DNA of 64,000 bases from Fistulifera solaris. Taxonomy: Eukaryota. The first letter of the stretch is position 1. Every line of letters starts with the position of its first letter. The notes beneath the pieces are model-generated. The model did not search any database. It was not told the origin of the DNA and saw only the letters and a list, made by a program, of their open reading frames with translations. The DNA lies in contig AP026151.1 of NCBI GenBank assembly GCA_030295235.1, positions 124,001 to 188,000 on the forward strand. Reading direction: 5' to 3'. A program made the translations under genes and the position numbers. Shown piece after piece: positions 53,848-64,000 of the stretch.

Positions 53848-56800
53848 TAAATAAAAATAAAAATTGAGAGTTTAGCGTGCTTATTTCCTATCCCTATGAC
53901 AGAACCGAAACACAATCTGTCCCTAGACAATGTCTAGGATACAGGTTGCCGAGACATCGCTGAGGCAATGAGCAAGGGGGCTGCCATCTGATTCAGAATA
54001 AATAGTGTGGCCAGGTCCGTCGGCCGGGTGATTAATTTGGTTTCGCATGAAGCGCCCGATTCTGGTGGAGAAGTGAAGGCTTGTGTGTTGTTTGGATGTT
54101 CTTGGTTCAATTTTCCTCTTTGCTGCTGTTGTGGTGTGATTTCCGATGCTAATGGGATGGTTTCTGGAGTTGTGAAGGTAAGTTGTAACTGGAGTCGCTC
54201 GTTTTTCTCTTTCCATATCGTATGGTATCTAAGGATGTTTACAGCGGTGATTGACTAACCAGGAAGTTAGATGATTGTTGTCCAATAGAAGTCTCTGCCT
54301 CAAGGGCCGAGAAAACGGGTATTTGATGTCGCATTGGTCCTTTAGACCGTACAAGGCTGTTACCGTTTGTTGCAGATTATATCGTGTCGCCCGTTCTGCG
54401 GCTGTTTGCTTGGATGTGTCTACTAAACTTGATCGGATTTTCCACGCTTCGTAGGTCTCCATTATAATATACTTGCAGAGTTTCTTTGCCCACGTTCTTC
54501 CATTGTTCGAGTGGGTTAGTTCATTCATATTTCGAAGATGACTTGAAACTTGGTCGTCCCACTCTTGGCGGGATTAGGCCTTTCATCCATAAATCGACGT
54601 TGCTGTCAGCTAGGGTGCCGTTGAACCAGTCTTTAATGTTCTGTTGAATCTCTCTGCTTAGGTCGATTGGTGTATTGTTTTCTCTCAATGTGTCTAATAG
54701 TCCGTCAAGAAACCGATGTCTCCAATTGCTGAGTGCCGGGCAACGCAACACATGGTCGAAGCATTCGGTTTTTGCAGGGCAATGTGGGCATCTCGGCGAT
54801 GAGATTTCGTTGCATTTATGGCGTCTCTCGTTCGTTTGAATCCAATTGCTAAGTCGTTTTGCGTGAAGGCTTTTAGTTTGAATGGGAGTTTTCGTCGTGC
54901 TAATCGGTAGGCTGTCCAGTGCAACGAGTTATAATCGTCTTTTGAAAGGTTTAGTTTGTCCCGGAGGTATTGCAGTCCTTGTTCTCTGCCCGCTTGGGCT
55001 CTTAGTTCGCTTGAATACTGGCTGGTTAGAAGTTCATTATCAAGTAGTATGTAAGCAAAATTGCCTAATGGGATCGGTACTGAAGAGGCAGTTCGCTGCT
55101 GGAGTGCCTTTGTAGCTAGATTGTCGGCTTCGACATTTAGTTGCGCTAGCCAAGAGAGGTTTTCAATGTCCTCGTTATCGTCTTGGTGCCCATGGACATG
55201 TTCGTGCGTGATGTTCGGGATGTCCTTGTACTGCTCAATTGTTAGTTGTATCACATCCATATCTGGGTGGAGCTGATCGTGGGAGTTCGGTATTTCAATT
55301 TTCTGGATGTATTGTTCCTTTTTTAGAAGAGCTTCGTTATCGCATGCTGTGTTTAGTAGGGTTTCGTCGCCGTATTTCAACTGAAAGAAATTGGTGTAAT
55401 GCCGAAGGAAAGTGAATACCGATAGTCTTCCGTATGCCTCCGGCTTCGATAAGACGTCATCGGTCGGCCTTGTGCCACGCCCACCCACTCCAAAAGAATT
55501 TCGGTGCCGTTTGCTATTACCCATCCAAATCCCCCTTTGGTGGCTATGCACCCACCGTCTGATACAACGTATAGCCGGCGGTCTGTTCCGATTACTGCTT
55601 CGAAAAGTGCCTCGCAATTTGGAGATTCTTTAGTGTAGCGAAGGAGGTCTTGTTCCCAGGCATTGAGTGATTGTAGATACTCGTTCCATGTTCGCGGGTG
55701 TCTTTCCGCTGGTATATTTATTTTGTGTTGAGGTATTGTGTAATCAAAGCGTTGTCTTGTTGAGATGCCTGCGGGGATGAATGTTCTCGGAGTGTAATCT
55801 TCGGGGTTCGGATCCGGGTGGTTTCGATTTAGTCCGCTGTTTGTAAGTTCCGGGAATGGGTAGCATGTCCATTTGTTGGAATCTCGTTCGTATAGTTGTC
55901 GCTCGATAATATCGTAAATTGCAGGCCATTCTCTGTGGGACGGGACCTCGGTCCATGCACCCAGTCGATTCTGGGCGTTTCCCGTCGGGTTGTAATGTAA
56001 CTGATAAATTCTCTCCAAATTGTCCAGCATCGCTTCCCTGGTATCGACTGAATTGGCCAGAGTTTGGTGCTGCGTGAGATCATCAAGTCGGGTTTGGTTC
56101 TTCCCTGTAGTTAAACGACAACTGCTGACCGTCGACATCTGATATATCCGATAGAGTCGCCACCTGCAGATACAAGCGAACTCTGTTGAGTTGTTCAAGT
56201 TTCTTTGGGCTATTCCACAACTTGGCTGCTACATCCATGATGTAGTCGTCATTTTCTCTGTAGATTTTGGGTCTGTGTAGTTCCGGAATAACAAAGCTTC
56301 CGTTGACTTTGGTTAGAAACAGTCTTAGTTCGTCAAGCCACTTGTTGTCAGAGAAGGCTATCAGGTGGCTGGGATTTTCGAGAATCAGATGTCGAGAGCC
56401 GACAGTGTGCTGTATCCACTCTAGAGTTATGATCAAAAACTCTCCGATGTGTGTCTTTTGTCGTGATATGGCGTAATAAATAGCAGCAGTTAAGCACACC
56501 TTGATCTGTCCATAGCGAGCTGAATCCTACGCCTCCTTCGGCCTCGGAAAGGAAAACCATGTGTTTCGGGAAAGTCTTCGGGTAACCCATCTTCTGCAAC
56601 GTGTAGCTCAGTGGCCCTGATTGTATCGAGTTCAATTGTTTTTCGCTTAATCCGGCACATGGTCAGTGGATATCGAACACTGGGTAGAAAAACTGACATG
56701 TAGGCTCGGTAAGCTACAGACGCTTCGAGTTTGTGGGCATAAAGGGCCCTGGTGACTGTTCTACTTTTTGACAATAATGAAGCTTGCTGTGCTCGGAAGT

Positions 56801-57518
56801 CGTTCACTGGTTGTGCTTGAATGCCCAGAGTTCTATGATGAGCTGAATTTAGTTGTCGCCGTATTTGTTCAACGGCACCATCGGTGCTTTGTGTTATTGT
56901 GATTGCGGATGCATCTTCGTCTAGGCCGCATTTTCCCTCGGAATCGAAAATCCATTTTATGTGATAAAAGAAGCACTTGGAAAGTTCCAATTTTCCTCCG
57001 GTCGTAACTAGCAATTTCTCCCACCATTGGGTTGCTGTTTGAAGTTCTGTGCGCAGTTTGTCAGAGGTATCAATTCCCCCTGATATTGTCGCCGAAGTTG
57101 TTAATCCAGATTGAACTATCGTCAACAAACATCTGCATATGGTGTTGGATTGTTTTCGTTCGTGTTGGGTTTCGGAAAGTTGTTCCTGGCGAGTGGCGTT
57201 TCATGGCTTTCAAGATCAGTGTGCTTATCGCCGTCCAAATTGCTGGTGAACTTTGATTACCTTGGCCTGGGCCATGTAGTTTATGGGATGGAGTAGATCC
57301 ATATGGGGATTTTGAGATGCCGAGTGCTGTTGAAACGTGATATTGGGCCTGGTCAAGAAAATTGTTGAAAAGCATGCAGCGTCGTGAGGTACACCAAGTT
57401 GTTCACATCGCAGCTTTGCTAATGCCATTACGATTCTGTCATAGCATGCTTTGGCGTCGTTATCCATGACTACTAGTTGCGTTTTTGTTAGTTGTGCCAT
57501 CATAAAGGACAGGAATTT
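53848..57518 (-). mobile_element. 5'-truncated, frameshifted non-LTR retrotransposon with RT + RNase H + C-terminal CCHC-like motif (Ambal-like assignment is inference)
   Basis: RT motifs DNDAKACYDRIV, GPGQG..SSP, FVDDS, TGGKLELSKC, RTLGI; RNase H VSDGG..GFGWV, EAYG, CDN, HVHGHQD, LNVEADNLA; 13-bp TSD GTTTTCAACAGGA at 53835-53847 and 57519-57531. Confidence 0.92.
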
Positions 57519-58314
57519 GTTTTCAACAGGACTCGATTGCAGTCAGGAGTCTCGTCTCATCTTGTTCAGATGCGAGAAGTTCGCGCTGCTTTAACCACAT
57601 CAGCAACAATCCACCTTCATTCCGCTTTTTTTATTGTATAAGCTTACGAACAATTCAGGGCTTGTTTGACTCCTCATGTCTTGGGCAGTCCACAAAGTCT
57701 TTACTATGGTGTCAAAGTGTAGATTACTTTTTTCAAGACTGACTCATCTCAGTCATGAGTCGTCACGTCACTAGTATCAGTTCACAATGAAGGTTCAGGT
57801 TTTTCACGATAGTTCTCCAGATGAAGAAGATCTTTTTCTTCGCATGCGTTGTGTTCCGCGAGATACGTGGACCGAAAATGCAGAACGGTTGACGCTTTCT
57901 TTCTTGTACTTTCCGTAGGAGCCTCAAACAGACGCACTTTTCGGAAAGGTGGTTCGACCTCAGAAAGTAGCCGCGTGGCCAAGCTCCATTTACTGTGGTG
58001 ACAAATGTACAAAAATTATGTGCACCCTTCGCTTCCGTCTTCGGTAGGAAACTTACGTAAGATTTTACAGAAAGCTTCACCCTCTGTTTTCTCTGCAATT
58101 CCTTTCTGTGTACAACGGGAGAAAAAGTCCGCTCTCAATAAACCAACATGCCACCTGTTGCAAAACACATGCATTCATTTGCCTCGAATGAATTATTGCC
58201 ATTGTTGCCTCTTTGCAATCTTTATTACTCCGTATAAACCTATCTTCTTATTCTAGCAACACCGTCCTTCTAGTTGAGCGCAGGCCTCACTATTATCACG
58301 TTAGCCCACGCACT

Positions 58315-59256
58315 ATGAGTCAAGCGATTCAGCCGAACGGCGTGGGCGTCGCCACACGCCCCACAGCACACTCGTCCTCACGATCCATCCCAGGGACCGT
58401 GTCGGTGCCCACGAAACGACCCAAAACAAAACACAAAAAGCCCGAAGGAATGCCACGACGCCCTTTGAGTGCTTACAACTTCTTCTACAAAGCCGAGCGA
58501 ATTAAATGGTTGGAGGAACAGAAAGGAAAGAAAGATAATGCGTCGAGTAGTAGTACCTGTTCGACGAACAATGAAGAGTCGAAACGGTCGGACTTTTTAG
58601 AAATGGGCAAGGTACGTTTGTGGCGGATATGTGCACAAGACGTGATGCAGCAGATTTCTGAGAGTTTTTCGTATTCATGGCAGGCCATCAGTCAGCGCTG
58701 GAGAATGCTGACAAATGAGGGTCGTGAACCGTATGAGAAAGAGGCCAAACAAGATTTAGTCCGTTATCATCAAGAAATGGACGCCTTCAACATGCGCCTT
58801 GTACGATCGTACAAGAAACCTGAGAAATCAGGCAGTTTATCTTCACACTCTCGGGCGCCCAGTCTCCACGAAGTATCCCCCTCCTATGGACCTATACTTA
58901 GATCGGAATCCAGTGGTTCTCGCAACCAACAGGAATCTGCGCCAAGTACAGGAGTCAATCCGTTGGCCAGCAGCTTGCAACTGCCCCTTCCACTCCTCCA
59001 ACAGAACGGATCAACTGCCCGACCCGAGCCCCCAACGAACACGACGGTGTTTCAAACACTGGGTCAGCAAGTCATTGCCCAGCAACTGACGCAAGAGCGC
59101 TTGACGGAACTCCGCGCACTGCTTCGTGAACTGGAGCAGGTCTTGATGCTGCAACTCCATTTGGAGCAGCATTTTTCAAGACAGTCACCGCCAACCGATG
59201 GTGGGATTCAAGAAGCTTGTTCCGCGTTGCTGTCTCTGGTGAATCAGCTGAGGTGA
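58315..59256 (+). CDS. HMG-box protein; intron 58612-58683; a further 3' exon is possible
   Basis: PRRPLSAYNFFYKAER...FLEMGK|AISQRWRML...PYEKEAKQDLVRYHQEM; GTGAGT donor-like sequence overlaps the stop. Confidence 0.85.
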   Translation: MSQAIQPNGVGVATRPTAHSSSRSIPGTVSVPTKRPKTKHKKPEGMPRRPLSAYNFFYKAERIKWLEEQKGKKDNASSSSTCSTNNEESKRSDFLEMGKVRLWRICAQDVMQQISESFSYSWQAISQRWRMLTNEGREPYEKEAKQDLVRYHQEMDAFNMRLVRSYKKPEKSGSLSSHSRAPSLHEVSPSYGPILRSESSGSRNQQESAPSTGVNPLASSLQLPLPLLQQNGSTARPEPPTNTTVFQTLGQQVIAQQLTQERLTELRALLRELEQVLMLQLHLEQHFSRQSPPTDGGIQEACSALLSLVNQLR

Positions 59257-59735
59257 GTTTGTTGCTGCTACTTCTATTTCTATTTTATTCTTTAAGGAAA
59301 AGGGGAAATGTTGTCATTGTCGGTCCTGGACCGCGTGGCGTGTTAAATGTATCTTGTAATGCATATTTATATAGTCCATATTATCCCATTTTATGATTCT
59401 GCTTGTTCGCTTTCTTGTTATTAGATAATGAAAGACTTTAATTTGAGTTTCTAAAAATTGTGAGTGATGGAACGGTGTTTTTCCGTAAATCTTAAGTTTG
59501 AGATAGAAGCTAGAAAACCATGAACCATGAACCTAGCAAACGGTAACCTGTCCGTCACCCGCACCACAGTGCGGTTCGTCGTTCGTCGCCTTATTTCGTT
59601 TCTTTTTTTTGCCTCTCCTATCTATCCTATACTGCTCGCATCATCGCTATTATTGTTGCGTGCTTGTATAAAAACAACTGACTCTAGGTCTATTCAAAAG
59701 CAACCTCATCAGAAATACAAACACTACACATCGAA

Positions 59736-61418
59736 ATGGCATCATTATCGTCCGATCAGCTCGTCAAAACAAAGCCGTACGCACTTGCAATTCAGTACAT
59801 TGTGCACGCGTTGATTGAATGCTATACGGCCGGCGGCACTCTGAATTTAACGAAACTCAAAGGAGAAGCTTCCAAGAAATACAAATTACAAGGCATTCCT
59901 CGGATGAGTGACATTTTACAGGGATTACCGACCGAGTATCGCGCCTCATTGTGGCCGTGGTTGCAAACGAAACCCGTGCGGACGGCTTCGGGTGTCGCGG
60001 TTGTTGCCGTCATGAGCAAACCGCACCGGTGTCCGCATTTGGCGTATACGGGAAATGTTTGTGTCTACTGTCCCGGTGGACCCGATTCCGATTTTGAATA
60101 TTCGACGCAGGCCTATACGGGCTACGAACCGACATCGATGAGAGCGATCCGCGCGCGGTACGATCCGTATTCGCAAGTGCGAGGGCGTGTGCAGCAATTG
60201 AAAGCGATTGGTCATACGGTCGACAAAATTGAGTTCATTGTCATGGGTGGGACGTTTCTTAGTTTAGATGCGGCGTATAAAGACTATTTCATTCGAAATC
60301 TGCACGATGCCTTGTCGGGGCATTCGTCGCAGTCCGTCAAGGAGGCGGTGGAATATTCGGAACATTCGGCGATCAAATGCATCGGAATCACGATCGAGAC
60401 AAGACCGGACTATTGCCTGAAACCTCATTTGGAAGAAATGTTGCAGTATGGATGTACGCGGATTGAAATTGGTGTTCAAAGTATCTACGAAAGTGTGGCG
60501 CGTGAGACGAATCGCGGACACACGGTACAGGCGGTTTGTCACTCTTTCCAACTTGCCAAAGATTGCGGTTTTAAAGTAGTGACACACATGATGCCGGATC
60601 TTCCCAACATGGGGTTTGAGCGAGATTTAGAAGGAATGAAAGAGTATTTTGAAAACCCTGCTTTTCGCAGCGATGGTATGAAACTGTATCCGACGTTGGT
60701 CATTCGCGGAACGGGTCTTTACGAGCTCTGGAAAACCGGTCGCTATCAGAACTACACTCCCGATCAATTAGTGGAACTGACGGCTCATATCTTGGCACTA
60801 GTGCCTCCTTGGTTGCGTTTGTATCGAATTCAGCGTGATATACCCATGCCCTTGGTGAGCTCGGGCGTCGAACACGGCAATCTGCGCGAGCTGGCGTTGC
60901 AAAAGCTACGAGAATGGAACTCGAAATGTCTCGACATACGCACTCGAGAGGTAGGAATGAAACAGATCCATTCATCAGTCTCACCCGATCAAGTCGAACT
61001 CGTCCGCCGAGATTACACAGCTAATGGAGGTTGGGAAACATTCTTGAGTTACGAGGATCCGGCGCAAGACATTCTTATTGGTTTGTTACGTTTGCGCAAA
61101 GTAAGTTCTGCTGCATGGCTCAACGAAATTACATCGAGCAGTGACGGCCGCCCCATTCGAAGCAGTATCGTTCGAGAGCTTCACGTTTACGGTTCGGCTG
61201 TTGCTGTTTCTGCCCGCGATCCTACTCGCTTCCAGCATCAAGGCTATGGCATTCTGCTCATGGAAGAAGCCGAGAGAATTGCTCGTGAAGAACATGGTTC
61301 CGAAAAGTTGCTCGTCATTGCCGGCGTTGGAACTCGCCACTATTATCGAAAACTGGGGTACAAATTAGATGGTCCCTACATGAGCAAAATGTTGAATGAT
61401 GACGAAGCGGAGCAATAA
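59736..61418 (+). CDS. ELP3: Elongator complex protein 3 (radical SAM + KAT)
   Basis: [54 protein letters not shown]; intact 560-aa ORF. Confidence 0.97.
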   Translation: MASLSSDQLVKTKPYALAIQYIVHALIECYTAGGTLNLTKLKGEASKKYKLQGIPRMSDILQGLPTEYRASLWPWLQTKPVRTASGVAVVAVMSKPHRCPHLAYTGNVCVYCPGGPDSDFEYSTQAYTGYEPTSMRAIRARYDPYSQVRGRVQQLKAIGHTVDKIEFIVMGGTFLSLDAAYKDYFIRNLHDALSGHSSQSVKEAVEYSEHSAIKCIGITIETRPDYCLKPHLEEMLQYGCTRIEIGVQSIYESVARETNRGHTVQAVCHSFQLAKDCGFKVVTHMMPDLPNMGFERDLEGMKEYFENPAFRSDGMKLYPTLVIRGTGLYELWKTGRYQNYTPDQLVELTAHILALVPPWLRLYRIQRDIPMPLVSSGVEHGNLRELALQKLREWNSKCLDIRTREVGMKQIHSSVSPDQVELVRRDYTANGGWETFLSYEDPAQDILIGLLRLRKVSSAAWLNEITSSSDGRPIRSSIVRELHVYGSAVAVSARDPTRFQHQGYGILLMEEAERIAREEHGSEKLLVIAGVGTRHYYRKLGYKLDGPYMSKMLNDDEAEQ

Positions 61419-61702
61419 TACTTGCGAAACTCATTGCACACTCGAAGAATATTCTATTCGATTTTCTCTGATGTGAATGGGAGGACAAGTCTTGATATCG
61501 GTACCTCAAATTACATCACGTAAAGCAAAGCACTCCATGTCTAATCCTTGAAAAGACACGCCGATGGGAACGGACTATAGTGTCGATAGCTTCTCGACTC
61601 ACTTGTGCTCGTGATACTTGATACTCAGTGAAAAGTTATCCGACTTGCTCCTCTTTGCATCGCCAATGCATAAATTTTAGTTAATTCACATTAATATCTC
61701 AT

Positions 61703-62235
61703 TTAGCTTAATTCTTTAAAGGATAGTACATAATCCATCAACGCAGTAAGGACGGTTCTGGTGGCGCTATTTCTTGCTGTCTCAATTCGTTCTTTCATGG
61801 ATGTTTCATACGTTTGATAGCGCTCATTTCGATCCATGTCCGCACGGTAAATGGAGTCGGGCTCTAACACCGCCTGGTCATCTTCCAGTGGCTCAAGAAG
61901 GAAATCTTTGTTTTGTTGCAATATGGTTTGCATGGCTTCCGGTTGGTTCGACGAATCGAGGAGTTGACTAACAATTTCTTGCATTCGTACTTTTCGGAGA
62001 GAGAATTGATTTAAAGAATAACTTGTGCTACCCTTTCCGCTAGTATTTCGGTAGTCGAAAGGATTAAATGTCGATGCAGCACTGTTCTTGTCTTCATCGC
62101 TAACCGACCAGTTGTTGTGCAGTTTTGTGGCTCTCGCGCCGTCGTTCGGCTCGCAGACCGGACGACAAAACCGAACGATGGACACAAACATGCCAACACA
62201 AAAAGACCTGGTAGCAGTATCGTGTTTCTGTGCAT
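61703..62235 (-). CDS. Hypothetical protein with signal/transit-like N-terminus; probable frameshift ~62135
   Basis: Hydrophobic ILLPGLFVLACLCPSFG-F in one frame, continuing in the 162-aa ORF (FNPFDY...LLEPLED...SIY). Confidence 0.55.
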
Positions 62236-62469
62236 CCTTGTGGATGCGTTTCCTCTTGTTTCACGTCTATTCATCATAGTCGCCAAAGATATTTTTATTT
62301 TATTTTAAAAATAAATTAAGTGAAGGCGCTTCAAATGTTTTATTTTTTTTTATAAAAAAAATTAAACTCACCTTTGTTTGAGCAGGCTCACAGAAAATCT
62401 GGGCCAGTGCGGTATATTCTACAATACCAGGTACTCAGAAAATCTGAAGGAGTGCTGTGATCACCTACT

Positions 62470-62960
62470 GATTCATGACTCATGACAGACATGCAGTCGT
62501 GGTCTCCTGGAACCATCACTTTGCTCCATAGTAAATATGGAAGAAACATTTCGCAAGGACGTGTAATGCAAACGCTGCTAAAGACTACTTTAATGCAATG
62601 AGGACAAATGGAGCTCAAGATAGTTTGCTGAATGAACGAATTGCAGGCATAATTGTCGCTCGAAAATAAAAAAAAACATTGATTCATGACTGAAATGAAG
62701 TTGTGTCGTGGTCTCCTTGAATCATCACTTTGCTCCATAGTAAATGCGGAAGACAACGTTTCGCAGCGCTCTCCAACTTAAAACACAATGACGCGTAATG
62801 AAAACGCTGCTAAGGACTGTTTCATTGCAACAACGACAAATGGAGCTCAAGATATTTTGCTGAACGAACGAATTGTAGGCAGCATTCTCGCTCAAAGATT
62901 AAGCATTCATGACTGAAGTACAGTCGTGGATATACGTTGAACATACACTTTCGACTATAG
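62470..62960 (-). repeat. ~210-225-bp tandem units with three copies of the dispersed bipartite motif
   Basis: attcatgact...cacttt...atagt at ~62471, ~62682 and ~62905; shared aacgctgctaa, gacaaatggagctcaagata, aacgaattg. Confidence 0.85.
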
Positions 62961-63172
62961 TAGAAACGGTTTTCCTTATTTCAAGACAGACGGAAATTCT
63001 GAAGCACTGTTTAAGAAAGGCTCGAAGATAGGAAAAGTTTTTAAGGGCAAATAATGGTGTTTTAACACACCAAGAAAAACTTGGTATGCGGTATTTTATG
63101 TCCACAGAAATGTTGGATAGGATCCTTCACACCAACGGAAAATCTGGGGATGTGGTGTTTTTTTTATTTTAA

Positions 63173-63333
63173 CTAGCCGCCTTCGGCGTCTAGCCCCTGC
63201 AGGGCTTTTTTCGTTCTCGCCCTTCCCGCAAGCGGGGGGCTCGATCCCCGGGGATAGCGTCACACCCGGGACTGAACAACCGGGACCGACGTGACACACA
63301 CACACACACGGACAGCGCGCTATTATAAATAGA
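63173..63333 (-). mobile_element. 161-bp non-autonomous Helitron-like element
   Basis: Minus strand reads A|TCTATTTATAAT...(GT)n...GC-rich hairpins (GCCCTGCAGGGGC, CGCCGAAGGCG)...CTAG|T: 5' TC, 3' CTRR, subterminal hairpin, A/T target and no TSD. Confidence 0.8.
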
Positions 63334-63499
63334 TAAAATAAACTACATGCACAGAAGTTTCTAGGCGAGTGATGTTTTCACGAGAGCGAGAAAAAACTAC
63401 GGAGTAATGCAGCAATAACTCCGTAGCTATACTACGATAATTTCGTTTGAACATTAGCAGCCTTTCTCAAACAGATCAGCTGCTGATCGAATAGTTCAA

Positions 63500-64000
63500 T
63501 TACATCTCATAATCATACTCTGGTAGCTCACGAAGTTTCTTTCCCTTCGAAAATGTTGTGGGCAAGGATAGATGCAGATTCCTGCGGGCAATCGACACTT
63601 TCAGTGAGCCTCTTTTGCAAGACGGGACCGAAAATAATATCGGTGCCGCATCGGAGGGCAAAAAATACGAACGACCAGGATGGCAGACCATATCATTGTC
63701 AATCATACCTGTACCTTGCAGAATCACCAGAATCGTCGGCTCGTCCTCGTTGTCAAAGTACACTTTTTCGCCGGGACCACACCGAAGAATCAACACTTCA
63801 AATTCCGGTACCGGGGGTGTGTATCGTAAGATTCGTGGTTCGCGTTCGAGGGGTGCTCCAGCATCAATGCTTGGACCACCTTGTGTGTAGGTAAGCATGT
63901 TGATTAGATTGTTGACGTCTTTGAATTTGGGCGTCAAACCAGCGCGTACAACGTTATCACTGCAAGCCATGCATTCGATGATTTCACCAGCGACATAGGC
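63500..64000 (-). CDS. Mannose-6-phosphate isomerase (type I), 3' part; gene begins beyond the window
   Basis: AYVAGEIIECMACSDNVVRAGLTPKFKDV, YTPPVPEF. Confidence 0.9.
   Translation of the reverse strand, partial: AYVAGEIIECMACSDNVVRAGLTPKFKDVNNLINMLTYTQGGPSIDAGAPLEREPRILRYTPPVPEFEVLILRCGPGEKVYFDNEDEPTILVILQGTGMIDNDMVCHPGRSYFLPSDAAPILFSVPSCKRGSLKVSIARRNLHLSLPTTFSKGKKLRELPEYDYEM

Noticed and set aside
63191..63211. Hairpin plus T-run resembling a rho-independent terminator
   Set aside because: Eukaryotic locus; it is a subterminal hairpin of the mini-Helitron
63225..63270. tRNA/SINE-like GGCTCGATCCCC (B-box-like)
   Set aside because: No cloverleaf or A-box found; Helitron termini explain the region better

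Overview
Compact, gene-dense eukaryotic genomic DNA with short GT-AG introns, most likely a pennate diatom (inferred from gene content and bipartite signal/transit-like N-termini). About 30 protein genes are supported: Kazal plus trypsin-like protease, SAM methyltransferase, aspartate ammonia-lyase, GNAT, two F-box/SirB1-like paralogs, HA-repeat protein, TTC1-like, Ataxin-2/Pbp1-like, two HMG-box proteins, phytol kinase-like, DUF1995, vacuolar sorting receptor, LysM, two TRF-like Myb paralogs, an NDUFB4-like gene missed by the ORF track, sulfotransferase, DnaJ, monomeric-type IDH, a PP2A-B56/kinase fusion, ELP3 and a partial mannose-6-phosphate isomerase. Many genes have single-base frameshifts in homopolymer runs, probably assembly errors. 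Mobile and repeat content: a 5'-truncated RT+RNase H non-LTR retrotransposon with a 13-bp TSD, a 459-bp MITE (57-bp TIRs, 10-bp TSD), a 161-bp mini-Helitron and a palindrome-rich satellite. The most notable signal is an unexplained bipartite ~55-bp motif (CTATAG..CAAAGTGT-N~15-GACTGnnnnnCAGTCATGA). It occurs about 17 times, only between genes and often with ~200-240 bp periodicity, and one copy is split exactly by the retrotransposon.
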